NCBI GenBank assembly: GCA_049517055.1
Contig: JBEKSN010000002.1
Coordinates: forward strand, 433 to 64,432
Reading direction: 5' to 3'
From: Candidatus Acidiferrales bacterium
Lineage (GTDB): Bacteria > Acidobacteriota > Terriglobia > Acidiferrales > UBA7541
DNA length: 64,000 nt
In this document: positions 30,209 through 38,433 of the stretch, one piece after another
How the letters are laid out: every line of letters begins with the position of its first letter
Position numbering within the stretch: the stretch's first letter is position 1
Program-made: the position numbers and the translations under genes
Notes under the pieces: generated by a model
What the model was told of the DNA's origin: nothing
The model's database searches: none
What the model saw: only the letters and a program-made list of their open reading frames with translations

Positions 30209-31108
30209 TCAAGGTTTTTCGTCGAGGAAACGCTGTTCGAGGCCAGCGTAGGCATCGATTCGGCGGTCGCGCAAGAAGGGCCAATTGCGGCGAACATCTT
30301 CCAGATGGGCGAGATCTACTTCGCCATATAGGATTTCTTCGCGGTCGATGGAAGCTTCGGCGATGACGACTCCCTGAGGATCGCAAAGGAACGAGCTGCC
30401 CCAGAATTCGAGGCCGGCTCCGCCTTCGGCGGGAGTTTCGTGTCCGACGCGGTTGACGGCCGCGACGTAGAGGCCGTTGGCGATGGCGTGGCTACGCTGG
30501 ATCGTGCGCCACGAATCGCGCTGCGCTTCGCCGTTGGATGCTTTTTCGCTGGGATGCCAACCGATCGCGGTGGGATAGAAAAGGACGCATGCGCCGTTGA
30601 GCGCGGCGAGGCGCGCGCCTTCCGGGTACCACTGATCCCAGCAAATTAACGTGGCGATCTTGCCTGCGCTGGTGGAAAAGGCGCGAAAGCCCAAATCTCC
30701 CGGCGTGAAATAAAATTTCTCGTAATAAGCGGGGTCGTCGGGAATGTGCATTTTGCGGTAGACGCCGGCGATGCGGCCGTCGGAGTCAATGATCGCGGCA
30801 CTGTTGTGATAAATTCCCGGCGCCCGGCGTTCGAAGAGCGGTGCAACGATAACGGTCTTAGTTTTTTGTGCCACGCGACCCAATTCTTCCGTGGTGGGTC
30901 CTGGCACGGACTCCGCCAATTCGAAATTCGCGGTGTCTTCGCGCTGGCAGAAATATTGCGAGCGAAAAAGTTCCGGCAAGCAGACCACCTGGGCGCCCGA
31001 GCGGGCGGCCTCTTCAATGCGAGAGGTCGCGTGCGCGAGGTTTTCGGCAGATTTGGCGCTGACGGCCATCTGCACCAGAGCAACGTTGAATTTGAGCGGC
31101 GTCGGCAC
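30209..31108 (-). CDS. aguB: N-carbamoylputrescine amidase (nitrilase superfamily)
   Basis: 299 aa. CN-hydrolase motifs (CLPELF, catalytic LICWDQWYPE). Adjacent to aguA. Confidence 0.85.
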   Translation of the reverse strand: MPTPLKFNVALVQMAVSAKSAENLAHATSRIEEAARSGAQVVCLPELFRSQYFCQREDTANFELAESVPGPTTEELGRVAQKTKTVIVAPLFERRAPGIYHNSAAIIDSDGRIAGVYRKMHIPDDPAYYEKFYFTPGDLGFRAFSTSAGKIATLICWDQWYPEGARLAALNGACVLFYPTAIGWHPSEKASNGEAQRDSWRTIQRSHAIANGLYVAAVNRVGHETPAEGGAGLEFWGSSFLCDPQGVVIAEASIDREEILYGEVDLAHLEDVRRNWPFLRDRRIDAYAGLEQRFLDEKP

Positions 31109-31219
31109 GATACGAAAATCTACACGAAAAGCCGGTGCAAGACCAGACGCTGCGAGCCCGTCTTATTTTTCATCGCGCGAAAAAAGTGAAAAAAGCAAAC
31201 CGCAGTTAAACGCGAAGGG

Positions 31220-31717
31220 TCAAGGTTTTTCCTTCTTCAATTTCAGTGCTTTCTGGTCCTGATATTCTTTCCACGTGAGGAATATCAGCAAGCCGTCAAA
31301 AAGAGTGAGGATAATAAGCGCCCACGAATGCGTATGTGTGAATCTGTAAAGTTGGTAGACCATAAAGGCGCCGAATACCGCAATCGTCAGCGGGTAAGCC
31401 CAAAGCCTATTGGCCCAGAGGCAGACTACCAGCACAACCTTAACGAGGCCATGCGAGAGGAGATAGAGCGAGGCGAACAGGGGGCTTCCGCTGGCCAATT
31501 TCTGTGAAGCAGCGCTTATGTGGCGGAAAATAATATCGTGCTTATCGCGGGCGAGCTCATGCTGGCACAGCGCTTGCAACCAAGCGTTCAGCGAGTTGAC
31601 TTTAAACCACAGCAACGCGCCGCCGACCGCTTCTAATAGTCCGTCAACGCCCTTGATGGTGATGCCTACACGAAACGAATCGTGAAGCAGGATGTGAGAA
31701 AGCTTTTTTTTCAACAT
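31220..31717 (-). CDS. DUF2127-like membrane protein
   Basis: 165 aa with four predicted TM helices and an N-terminal GVDGLLEAVGGALLWF motif. Confidence 0.5.
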   Translation of the reverse strand: MLKKKLSHILLHDSFRVGITIKGVDGLLEAVGGALLWFKVNSLNAWLQALCQHELARDKHDIIFRHISAASQKLASGSPLFASLYLLSHGLVKVVLVVCLWANRLWAYPLTIAVFGAFMVYQLYRFTHTHSWALIILTLFDGLLIFLTWKEYQDQKALKLKKEKP

Positions 31718-31850
31718 TTGCTTCGGGTCCCTGATCTGCGTCTGCGGGATACGCTAGTGCCATCATCGCATTGCCGAGCGGCATTCACAATTGTGCCGAG
31801 CAGAGAGAAGGTTTGTTCTAGAATCGCGTGGCAGCGGCTAGGGGGTTCCG

Positions 31851-32876
31851 ATGAGGTTGCGAGCGCTTGTCATCTTCTGCGGCATTTTGGTTTGCCTGTC
31901 GATCGCGCAAGCGCAGGATAAGGCACCGAACGTTGTGAAATATCACGCGACACTGGAGACGGTGAAATATGTTTACGGCGTAGCGCCACCTGTAGCACGA
32001 CTAGCGCCGGGAGATGTTCTCGAGACGAATACGCTTGACGCATTCGGGGACGCCATTCAAAAGCCCGGCGATACGCTCGTGCTGGTGAAAGGCGACAACC
32101 CGCTCACCGGTCCTTTCCATATCGAGGGTGCTGAACCGGGTGACACGATCGCCATCGACTTCATGACGTTGGAAGTGAACGGGGCGCAAGGAGTGGGCGC
32201 GTTTGCGCCGGGCTTTGGCGCGCTTAACTCCACAAACTACACGCCGATGATTCAGGCTCCCCTTCCCGAGCGCATATGGCTCTATCCGATTCATCCTGAT
32301 GACAACACTGCGACTTTTCAGGCGCATGATTCGAATTTCTCGGTGAAGATCCCGCTGCATCCTTTTCTGGGATGCATTGGTGTGGCGCCCTCCGACGGCG
32401 AAGCTCGCAGCTCCGTGGTTCCCGCTGAATTCGGAGGCAACATGGACTCTTCTGAGGCGAGTGTGGGTAACACTCTTTATTTACCCGTGAATGTCCCGGG
32501 CGCGCTGCTCTACATGGGCGACGGGCACGCGGCCATGGGCGATGGTGAAATTGCCGGCACGGCGATTGAGGTACCGTTGCGCGTTCGGCTGCGCGTGCGC
32601 GTAATCAAGGGACAAAAAATTGATTGGCCGCGTTTCGAAAATAAAGATGAAATCATGGCCGTCGGCATCTACCGTCCGCTTGACGATTCATTACGAATCG
32701 CGTTTACCCAGCTTGTCGGCTGGATTCATCGGGATTACGGGTTGTCCGAGCTGGACGCGTACGAATTACTCTCGAAAGTCGCCACGATTCACCTTGCTGA
32801 AATGGTCGATCCGAATTACGTTGTGATCGCGAAAATTGACAAGAAGTACCTGCCCCCGCGCAAAACTTCGCACTAA
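31851..32876 (+). CDS. Acetamidase/formamidase-family protein (secreted)
   Basis: 341 aa with a signal peptide. Family motifs: FGGNMD and GDGHAAMGDGEIAGTAIE. Confidence 0.8.
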   Translation: MRLRALVIFCGILVCLSIAQAQDKAPNVVKYHATLETVKYVYGVAPPVARLAPGDVLETNTLDAFGDAIQKPGDTLVLVKGDNPLTGPFHIEGAEPGDTIAIDFMTLEVNGAQGVGAFAPGFGALNSTNYTPMIQAPLPERIWLYPIHPDDNTATFQAHDSNFSVKIPLHPFLGCIGVAPSDGEARSSVVPAEFGGNMDSSEASVGNTLYLPVNVPGALLYMGDGHAAMGDGEIAGTAIEVPLRVRLRVRVIKGQKIDWPRFENKDEIMAVGIYRPLDDSLRIAFTQLVGWIHRDYGLSELDAYELLSKVATIHLAEMVDPNYVVIAKIDKKYLPPRKTSH

Positions 32877-32935
32877 GTAATGGGGAGAAACGACGCCTTT
32901 CCTCCCGTGGATCCGGGTTTATCCGCGCAGTATCG

Positions 32936-32964
32936 TTGACAGTGAGGCGCTTGGCACCTAGAAT
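32936..32964 (+). promoter_or_regulatory. Sigma-70-type promoter TTGACA-N17-TAGAAT upstream of the sigma-54 activator gene
   Basis: Exact -35 hexamer at 32936..32941, a 17-nt spacer, and a -10 TAGAAT at 32959..32964. Confidence 0.55.
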
Positions 32965-33028
32965 CGGCCCCACGCGCGGGATGCCTTTTGACATGGTTGG
33001 TTTGTGTTAGTCCCCGCCGGAGACCGCC

Positions 33029-34417
33029 ATCACACCCGCTGCGACTAAACCCAAAGTTGCGATTGTTGACGATGACCATAGCCTTCGCTCAAAGATTGCG
33101 TCCGCTCTGCGATCGGAGTTCGAAGTCTTCGAAGGCGAGGATATGGCAGCGGCCTACAGCCTCCTCCAAGGGTCCGCACTTGACGTTTTGCTCCTGGGCC
33201 TCCCGCTCGGTGACGCGGGGGTTCGCGAATGCACCGAGCTGCTTGCCCGGCTGGTCGGAAGCGAAATTGACACCCTCGTAATCGTGCTCAGTTCTGACAA
33301 AACAAAAGCCACCGCTTTGAAAGTGATCGACGCAGGCTCTTACGACTACTTCATCAAGCCCATTGACACGGACGTTCTTCGGCATCTACTCGAGCGAGCC
33401 GTTGAAAAATTACACATTCAGCGCGAAAACCGAATTCTCCGTCAGGAGATAAGCCGCAAGAGCACTCATGGCGATTTAATCGGATCGACCGACGCCATGA
33501 GCCATGTTTTCGATTTCATAAAGCGAATGGCCCGGACGACCACCAATGTCATCATCCGCGGAGAGAGCGGGGTGGGTAAAGAACTTGTCGCAAGGGCCCT
33601 TCACGAACAGAGTCCGCGACGAAACCGTGCATTCGTTAGCGTGAATTGCGCCGCGCTTCCCGAAGGCTTAATGGAAGCTGAGCTATTTGGCTATGAGAAG
33701 GGAGCCTTCACCGGCGCAACGGCCATGAAGGAAGGGCGCGTGGAAATGGCCCACCAAGGAACGCTGTTTCTTGATGAAATTGCGACACTTACGCCCGCTC
33801 TCCAGAGCAAACTCTTGCGTGTGTTGGAGGATCGCTCGTTCACTCGACTAGGCGGCAAAAAGCCCATCCGCGTGGATTTCCGCCTAATTAGTGCGACAAA
33901 CGAAGATCTGGAGGAGATGGTTCGCGAGGAACGGTTTCGCGAAGATCTCTATTACCGAATTCACGTGGTGCCCATTTTCGTGCCCTCTCTACGCGAGAGA
34001 ATGGAAGACATACCGGTGCTTACGGATTACTTCGTCAGCGTTTATTGTGCTGCCAATAGTCTCCCCCCAAAGCGCATTGCGGACGACGCGATGCTGGCCC
34101 TGAAGCGCTACCCGTGGCCTGGGAACGTCCGCGAGCTCCAGAATGCAATTCAAAGGCTGGTTATAATGACGGACGGGGAGGTGATCTCGTTAAAGGACCT
34201 CCCCGGTGAGATTGTGCAAGCTGCCGGCCGGGATTCGCGCAACCGTTTCCGTCTCCCCTCAGGTGGAATAAATCTGGCTAAGGAAATGGAGACTTTCGAG
34301 CGTCGCTGGCTTCAGGAAGCTTTAGAGCAGGCTAAAGACGGGAAAGCCGATGCGGCGCGACTGCTGGGAGTGGACCGGAATCGGTTGAACTACCTATGTC
34401 GTAAGTACAATCTATAA
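33029..34417 (+). CDS. Sigma-54-dependent transcriptional activator (atypical REC - AAA+ - Fis HTH)
   Basis: AAA+ Walker A GESGVGKE, the sigma-54 contact loop GAFTGA, and a C-terminal HTH (AARLLGVDRNRLNYLCRKYNL). The first ATG is at 33143, but the receiver N-terminus (KVAIVDDDHSLR) is encoded in frame upstream with no ATG, GTG or TTG after the in-frame stop at 33008. An ATC at 33029 sits 6 nt after a GGAGA SD. Confidence 0.85.
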   Translation: MTPAATKPKVAIVDDDHSLRSKIASALRSEFEVFEGEDMAAAYSLLQGSALDVLLLGLPLGDAGVRECTELLARLVGSEIDTLVIVLSSDKTKATALKVIDAGSYDYFIKPIDTDVLRHLLERAVEKLHIQRENRILRQEISRKSTHGDLIGSTDAMSHVFDFIKRMARTTTNVIIRGESGVGKELVARALHEQSPRRNRAFVSVNCAALPEGLMEAELFGYEKGAFTGATAMKEGRVEMAHQGTLFLDEIATLTPALQSKLLRVLEDRSFTRLGGKKPIRVDFRLISATNEDLEEMVREERFREDLYYRIHVVPIFVPSLRERMEDIPVLTDYFVSVYCAANSLPPKRIADDAMLALKRYPWPGNVRELQNAIQRLVIMTDGEVISLKDLPGEIVQAAGRDSRNRFRLPSGGINLAKEMETFERRWLQEALEQAKDGKADAARLLGVDRNRLNYLCRKYNL

Positions 34418-34552
34418 GCTTTTGGATGACTTTTTAATCGTCGCGGTGAGAATTTCAACAGAATTTTGCGGTACTTTTGACCCGGAAAGGGCTCGAATAC
34501 TCTAACCTCCTCTCTTTCAGTCCTTTAACTTCCCTGCGTTTCCCTCCGACAT

Positions 34553-34568
34553 TGGAACCAGTTTTGCA
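34553..34568 (+). promoter_or_regulatory. Sigma-54 (-24/-12) promoter TGGAAC-N5-TTGCA for peptide gene A
   Basis: TTGGAACCAGTTTTGCA matches YTGGCACGrNNNTTGCW with exact GG-N10-GC spacing. It lies ~50 nt upstream of the ATG at 34616. Confidence 0.7.
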
Positions 34569-34615
34569 CAGAAGAAGGTGTGACCCAAGCTGTACCTCAA
34601 CGCGGAGGAAGTATC

Positions 34616-34699
34616 ATGGCAAAGAAAATCTTGAAGAAGGCAAAAAAGTTGGAAGAAACGAAGCCCCTCACAAGAGTCGGCTGGGCGAGTAAGACCTAA
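34616..34699 (+). CDS. 27-aa lysine-rich small peptide A (MAKKILKKAKKLEETKPLTRVGWASKT)
   Basis: ATG 7 nt after a GGAGGAA SD, with a sigma-54 promoter upstream and a terminator downstream. Paralogous to 35114..35197. Too short for the ORF track. Confidence 0.65.
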   Translation: MAKKILKKAKKLEETKPLTRVGWASKT

Positions 34700-34766
34700 G
34701 CGTTTTCGCATTACAGGTGCAGCGGCTCGGCTGCGCACCAAGAGATAGCCAATACGGAACTAGCGG

Positions 34767-34800
34767 GCTGCCACCGAAAGGCTGGCAGCTCTTTCTTTTT
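34767..34800 (+). terminator. Intrinsic terminator after peptide gene A
   Basis: GCTGCCA-loop-TGGCAGC stem followed by a T-rich tail (CTCTTTCTTTTT). Confidence 0.6.
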
Positions 34801-35043
34801 ACCAGAAGTAACCTCGCCCGGGATTCGCCCCAGCAGTTCATACCCACGTCTTATTCCGACACTTCTCTTCCAAGGCTCTGCGATGGGGATGAGTACCTAA
34901 GGCATCGCCTGCATATTGAATTATTCAACTCAAACTCAAAAATTAAACACATTTGCTATCGCAGGCCGTTTGCGCGCTGCTCCTTGCCGTCGATAAGTGC
35001 TTTCAAATCAAGTACAGCTCCTCAAGTGGCCCGGTTCACAGTT

Positions 35044-35059
35044 TGGCGCGCGGATTGCA
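35044..35059 (+). promoter_or_regulatory. Sigma-54 (-24/-12) promoter TGGCGC-N5-TTGCA for peptide gene B
   Basis: TTGGCGCGCGGATTGCA has exact consensus spacing. It lies ~55 nt upstream of the ATG at 35114. Confidence 0.7.
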
Positions 35060-35113
35060 CTAGCAGCAGTGTAGGCAGCAGGAAAACAAAAAATTCTAAG
35101 GAGACTCAAGACC

Positions 35114-35197
35114 ATGGCGAAAAAGACAGTGAAAAAGGGAAAGAAGCTCGGATCAGTGAAGCCTCTCAGCTATCACGGGCCAGTTCGCACTAAGTAA
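35114..35197 (+). CDS. 27-aa lysine-rich small peptide B (MAKKTVKKGKKLGSVKPLSYHGPVRTK)
   Basis: ATG after an AAGGAGA SD, with a sigma-54 promoter upstream and a strong terminator downstream. 13 of 27 residues are identical to peptide A, concentrated in MAKKxxKKxKKLxxxKPL. Confidence 0.65.
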   Translation: MAKKTVKKGKKLGSVKPLSYHGPVRTK

Positions 35198-35254
35198 CTT
35201 GGACCTGAAGCAAGCGGGCTTCGTGCCTGCCAAAGTTAGCAGTTGCACTACCAA

Positions 35255-35290
35255 GGGCTGCCGTCCCAGGAACGGCAGCCCTTTTTTATT
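35255..35290 (+). terminator. Intrinsic terminator after peptide gene B
   Basis: Perfect 10-bp stem GGGCTGCCGT / ACGGCAGCCC with a 7-nt loop, followed by TTTTTTATTT. It abuts the stop of the convergent 35331 gene. Confidence 0.8.
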
Positions 35291-35330
35291 TGATGACTGA
35301 GGCTTCTGGCAGCCAGACGGGCCGGGTCTC

Positions 35331-37478
35331 TCACCAAAACTGCGAACGCACCCAGCGCCATGTCGCCAGCCCGCTCTGCCAGGCCAAAGAATGTCTGGGC
35401 CCGGAAATTTTCGCTTTTCCGGTCATGCCTTCCCGCAGGGACCCATCGGGGTTTGGAATTTCCATCTCAACTGCAACGAAGTTTGCCAACTCTTGCCCTA
35501 ATCGCGTGAGCTTCTCTGTCTGCGCGACCGGATGATCCAGCGCCGCGGCCGGAAGTATTTTGTCGATGTGGCCCGTGTAAGTTCTGTACGGAAACGGGAG
35601 CACCTTCACCTTTGCAGAGGCGCCGGGTTGAACGTCCGGAAGTTCCCGGTCCTGTACAAGGATACGCGCCTTCATGGTGCTTCGATTCACCAGCCGCGCA
35701 AACTCGTCCCCCGCCGAAAGGTATTCGCCAGCCTTCTGTTCCACATTTGAAGTAGTGACGACCCCGTCCATGGGAGCTCGAATTTCGAGGTTCTGCAGTC
35801 TTTTCTGCGCTACGGAAAGCTCTTGCTCAAGCCGGCCGCGATTGCGAACCACTTGCGCCGCTTGACTGAAGTCTGAGCGATCCTGATTATTGCGGAGGTT
35901 GCTGCTGGCGAGCCCTAATTGTTGGGTAAGCGATTGCGCGTCGGCACTTATTTCGGGATTCTCCAAAATGGCCAATATTTGCCCCGCTTTTACTACATCG
36001 CTCTCGCGGACAAACACTCTTTGAATTCTGCCGTCAACGGCAGCCCGAACGCGCACATCCTTTCCGGGCTCGAGCACCAAATCGGTAGAGACCTTCGAAG
36101 AAAACGGGGGCAACAGAAATAGCAGAACCAGTCCAAGAGCGCCAACTTGCTGCGCCCGGGTCATTTTCCAGGCCATATATTTCTCCTTCTTGTCCCGCAT
36201 CCAAGCCCGTACGACGGGCAAAGCTTTTCGCAAACCCTTTCTTGCAAAGAAATAGATGACGCCCAGGGTTGCCAGATAGCCCCATTCGTCCCCCAGTTGG
36301 CTCACGAGCACATTCTTAGCAAACACAAGCATGAGAATCAGGAGCGACGAGCTGTAAATCACAGCTGAAATTCCGAACAGGAAGAAAACACGGCGCTGGC
36401 GCTTGCTGGACGGCGGCAAGTCTATGTCATGCCGAAAAATGTACTTCTGCACCCAGGCTCGCAAGTAGCCGAAAGACTCTTCACGCAGGTTATCAATTTT
36501 GAGGAATTGCGAGAGCGCATAGTAGCCGTCGGCTTTGATTAGCGGGTTCAAGTTCACGAGCGCGCCCTGAATGCCGCTCAGCAGCATCATTTTGTAGAAG
36601 AAGTCATTCGTCAGCGAGCCCGGTGCCGTGAAATGCCAGACCAATGCAGCCACTCCGCAGATCACCAGTTCAATCCAAATGCCCGCGAAGATGACCCACT
36701 GACGCGGAGTCCCTGTCTTGAACAGAAGAATGTCCGTGGTGTCAGTAAAAAATGCGGGAGTGAAATAGATGAGCAAAAAACCCATCTGATGAACCTCGCC
36801 GCCAAAATGTTTACAAGTAAGCCCGTGACCGAATTCGTGTATGGCACCCAGACCCAAGAGGAGGAACCAAAAGACCCAGATGTCGTAGGCGCTTTTACCT
36901 GCAAAACTATATAAGGCCTCCGTGTCCTGCTGCACGCGGGTCCAATCGCCGGCGAGCAGATAAACCGCCACAATAAATAGGAACAAAGAAAAGATGACAA
37001 AGCCCTTGGTAAACATCCATCCGAGATAGCGATCCAACTTAGCGAGCGTCTTGTCCGGATCCCAAGCTTTAAAGCTGATGTAGAGGACACTCGATTGCTC
37101 GACCCGACCTTTGCGCTCGTCGCGAATGCGCTCAAGTACAGCCAGGTTTTTTTCCCCGACCGAGCGTTCCCACATAGTGGCTTCCACCGAGTCGAGGAAG
37201 TCGAGCACGTCGGCCTCGCTGGTGGTCAAATCGGGATCCTTTTCAGACATGGCCTGTGCGATCTCGGCAGCCGTACGAGTTCCGTCGCAAAGTGACAGCA
37301 GTTGATATTCCGTGGCCCCGTATCGGTTGTAGGAGTTCGTCTCGCGGTTTTTGACCACGTAACTGATTTCGCCCGCTACCGTTTGTTCGCTGATGCGCAG
37401 ATCGGTACGGAGTTTGGGTCGTTTAAGACCTTTCGCCAGGACGCTGGAAACTTGAAGGCTGGTAGGACCGAAACGCAT
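35331..37478 (-). CDS. PqqD-like (RRE) domain / M50 site-2-protease-like metalloprotease / HlyD membrane-fusion domain fusion protein
   Basis: 715 aa. N-terminal PqqD-like segment (YQLLSLCDGTRTAAEIAQAMSEK...EADVLDFLDSV). HExxH in AIHEFGHGLTCKHFGG and a second S2P motif NLNPLIKADGYYALS within TM helices. C-terminal HlyD barrel-sandwich and coiled coil (VDGRIQRVFVRESDVVKAGQILAIL, LEIRAPMDGVVT). Confidence 0.8.
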   Translation of the reverse strand: MRFGPTSLQVSSVLAKGLKRPKLRTDLRISEQTVAGEISYVVKNRETNSYNRYGATEYQLLSLCDGTRTAAEIAQAMSEKDPDLTTSEADVLDFLDSVEATMWERSVGEKNLAVLERIRDERKGRVEQSSVLYISFKAWDPDKTLAKLDRYLGWMFTKGFVIFSLFLFIVAVYLLAGDWTRVQQDTEALYSFAGKSAYDIWVFWFLLLGLGAIHEFGHGLTCKHFGGEVHQMGFLLIYFTPAFFTDTTDILLFKTGTPRQWVIFAGIWIELVICGVAALVWHFTAPGSLTNDFFYKMMLLSGIQGALVNLNPLIKADGYYALSQFLKIDNLREESFGYLRAWVQKYIFRHDIDLPPSSKRQRRVFFLFGISAVIYSSSLLILMLVFAKNVLVSQLGDEWGYLATLGVIYFFARKGLRKALPVVRAWMRDKKEKYMAWKMTRAQQVGALGLVLLFLLPPFSSKVSTDLVLEPGKDVRVRAAVDGRIQRVFVRESDVVKAGQILAILENPEISADAQSLTQQLGLASSNLRNNQDRSDFSQAAQVVRNRGRLEQELSVAQKRLQNLEIRAPMDGVVTTSNVEQKAGEYLSAGDEFARLVNRSTMKARILVQDRELPDVQPGASAKVKVLPFPYRTYTGHIDKILPAAALDHPVAQTEKLTRLGQELANFVAVEMEIPNPDGSLREGMTGKAKISGPRHSLAWQSGLATWRWVRSQFW

Positions 37479-37490
37479 GGTCGGGTTCCT

Positions 37491-38414
37491 CTACGGCTTT
37501 GATGGCGAGGTTCCAGGCCATCCGACGCGTACCGCCATTCCGGGACGCAGATCGGAAATTCCCGAACCAGTGAGCTGCGCCACCACATTGTAACTATCGC
37601 TGGACGGATCCACGGTAGGACTTACTTTCACCACCTTCGCGCTGACCTGGCGATCGGCACCTCCCACGAGCGTAAGGCTAACCGGCGCGCCGAGTGCGGG
37701 GCGCGGGCTGGCCAATTCGGAAATTTGAAACTGGACCTGCAGAGGATAGAGTTGACTCACTCGAAAACACTTGTCACCCTTGACGATGGCTTGTCCTTCT
37801 CGAACGTAGCGGCGCGCCACGACGCCCGAGAACGGAGCGCGCAAAACGGTCTGGTCGATTTCAATTTCGAGACGGTGGATCTCGGCTTGGCCGCTTTCGA
37901 CCAAGGCCTCATATCCGTGCATGTCGTACTCAGCGCCTTTTGCTTCGAATTCCGCGGCTTCGAGATCAGCCTGACTTGACAGTCCCGCTTCCCGCAACTG
38001 CTGCTGACGCCGGTAGGCTGCGCCCTTAGCCTTCAGTTCCGCTGCTTTGTATTGCAGGTTGTTCTGAGTCACCTTCAGATCGTCGCGCGCCTTGATGAGC
38101 TCCTGTTGCAGGCTTCGGTCGTCAAGGTGGCCAAGAATTTCGCCTGCCTTGACTACGCTGCCTTCGTCTTTGACGACGGACGTCACCGTGCCATCGCGTT
38201 GCGAGGAGAGATCTACCTGATGTTCCACTGTGAGCACGCTTAGAATATCGGGGGTCTCGGTCCCTTTTGCGGAAACTGCGCTTGGCGCGGGAGTCTGAGA
38301 CGAAGCTGCGTTGGATGGCGGCGCATTCTTGGGGCTGGAAGCAACCGACGAATTGTCGCAACCATTTCCGACAATTGCCATTGTAGCGACTAAGATCAAC
38401 GCGGCGCGTTTCAT
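37491..38414 (-). CDS. HlyD/RND-adaptor-family periplasmic lipoprotein
   Basis: 307 aa. Signal peptide ending in Cys (LVATMAIVGNGC), a Ser/Pro linker, and barrel-sandwich/coiled-coil motifs (DGTVTSVVKDEGSVVKAGEILGHLD, LRAPFSGVVA). Only 12 nt from the downstream gene. Confidence 0.8.
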   Translation of the reverse strand: MKRAALILVATMAIVGNGCDNSSVASSPKNAPPSNAASSQTPAPSAVSAKGTETPDILSVLTVEHQVDLSSQRDGTVTSVVKDEGSVVKAGEILGHLDDRSLQQELIKARDDLKVTQNNLQYKAAELKAKGAAYRRQQQLREAGLSSQADLEAAEFEAKGAEYDMHGYEALVESGQAEIHRLEIEIDQTVLRAPFSGVVARRYVREGQAIVKGDKCFRVSQLYPLQVQFQISELASPRPALGAPVSLTLVGGADRQVSAKVVKVSPTVDPSSDSYNVVAQLTGSGISDLRPGMAVRVGWPGTSPSKP

Positions 38415-38433
38415 ATTGAAGGTTCCTCGTTTT

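Noticed and set aside
30147-30386. 80-codon N-terminal extension of the agmatine deiminase ORF
   Set aside because: It overlaps the 3' end of aguB, is Arg/Pro/Ser-rich, and the family normally begins near MPAEW.
32951-32966. TGGCAC-ctaga-ATCGG resembling a sigma-54 -24 element upstream of the activator gene
   Set aside because: There is no GC at the -12 position. The TGGCAC falls inside the 17-nt spacer of a near-consensus sigma-70 promoter (TTGACA...TAGAAT), which is the better explanation.
34477-35193. ORF-track entries 34477..34692 (71 aa), 34517..34741 (-, 74 aa) and 34717..35193 (158 aa) in the activator-to-M50 gap
   Set aside because: They have no SD, their composition is non-protein-like, and they run across the sigma-54 promoters and terminators. 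The two 27-codon frames, each with promoter, SD and terminator, explain the region better.
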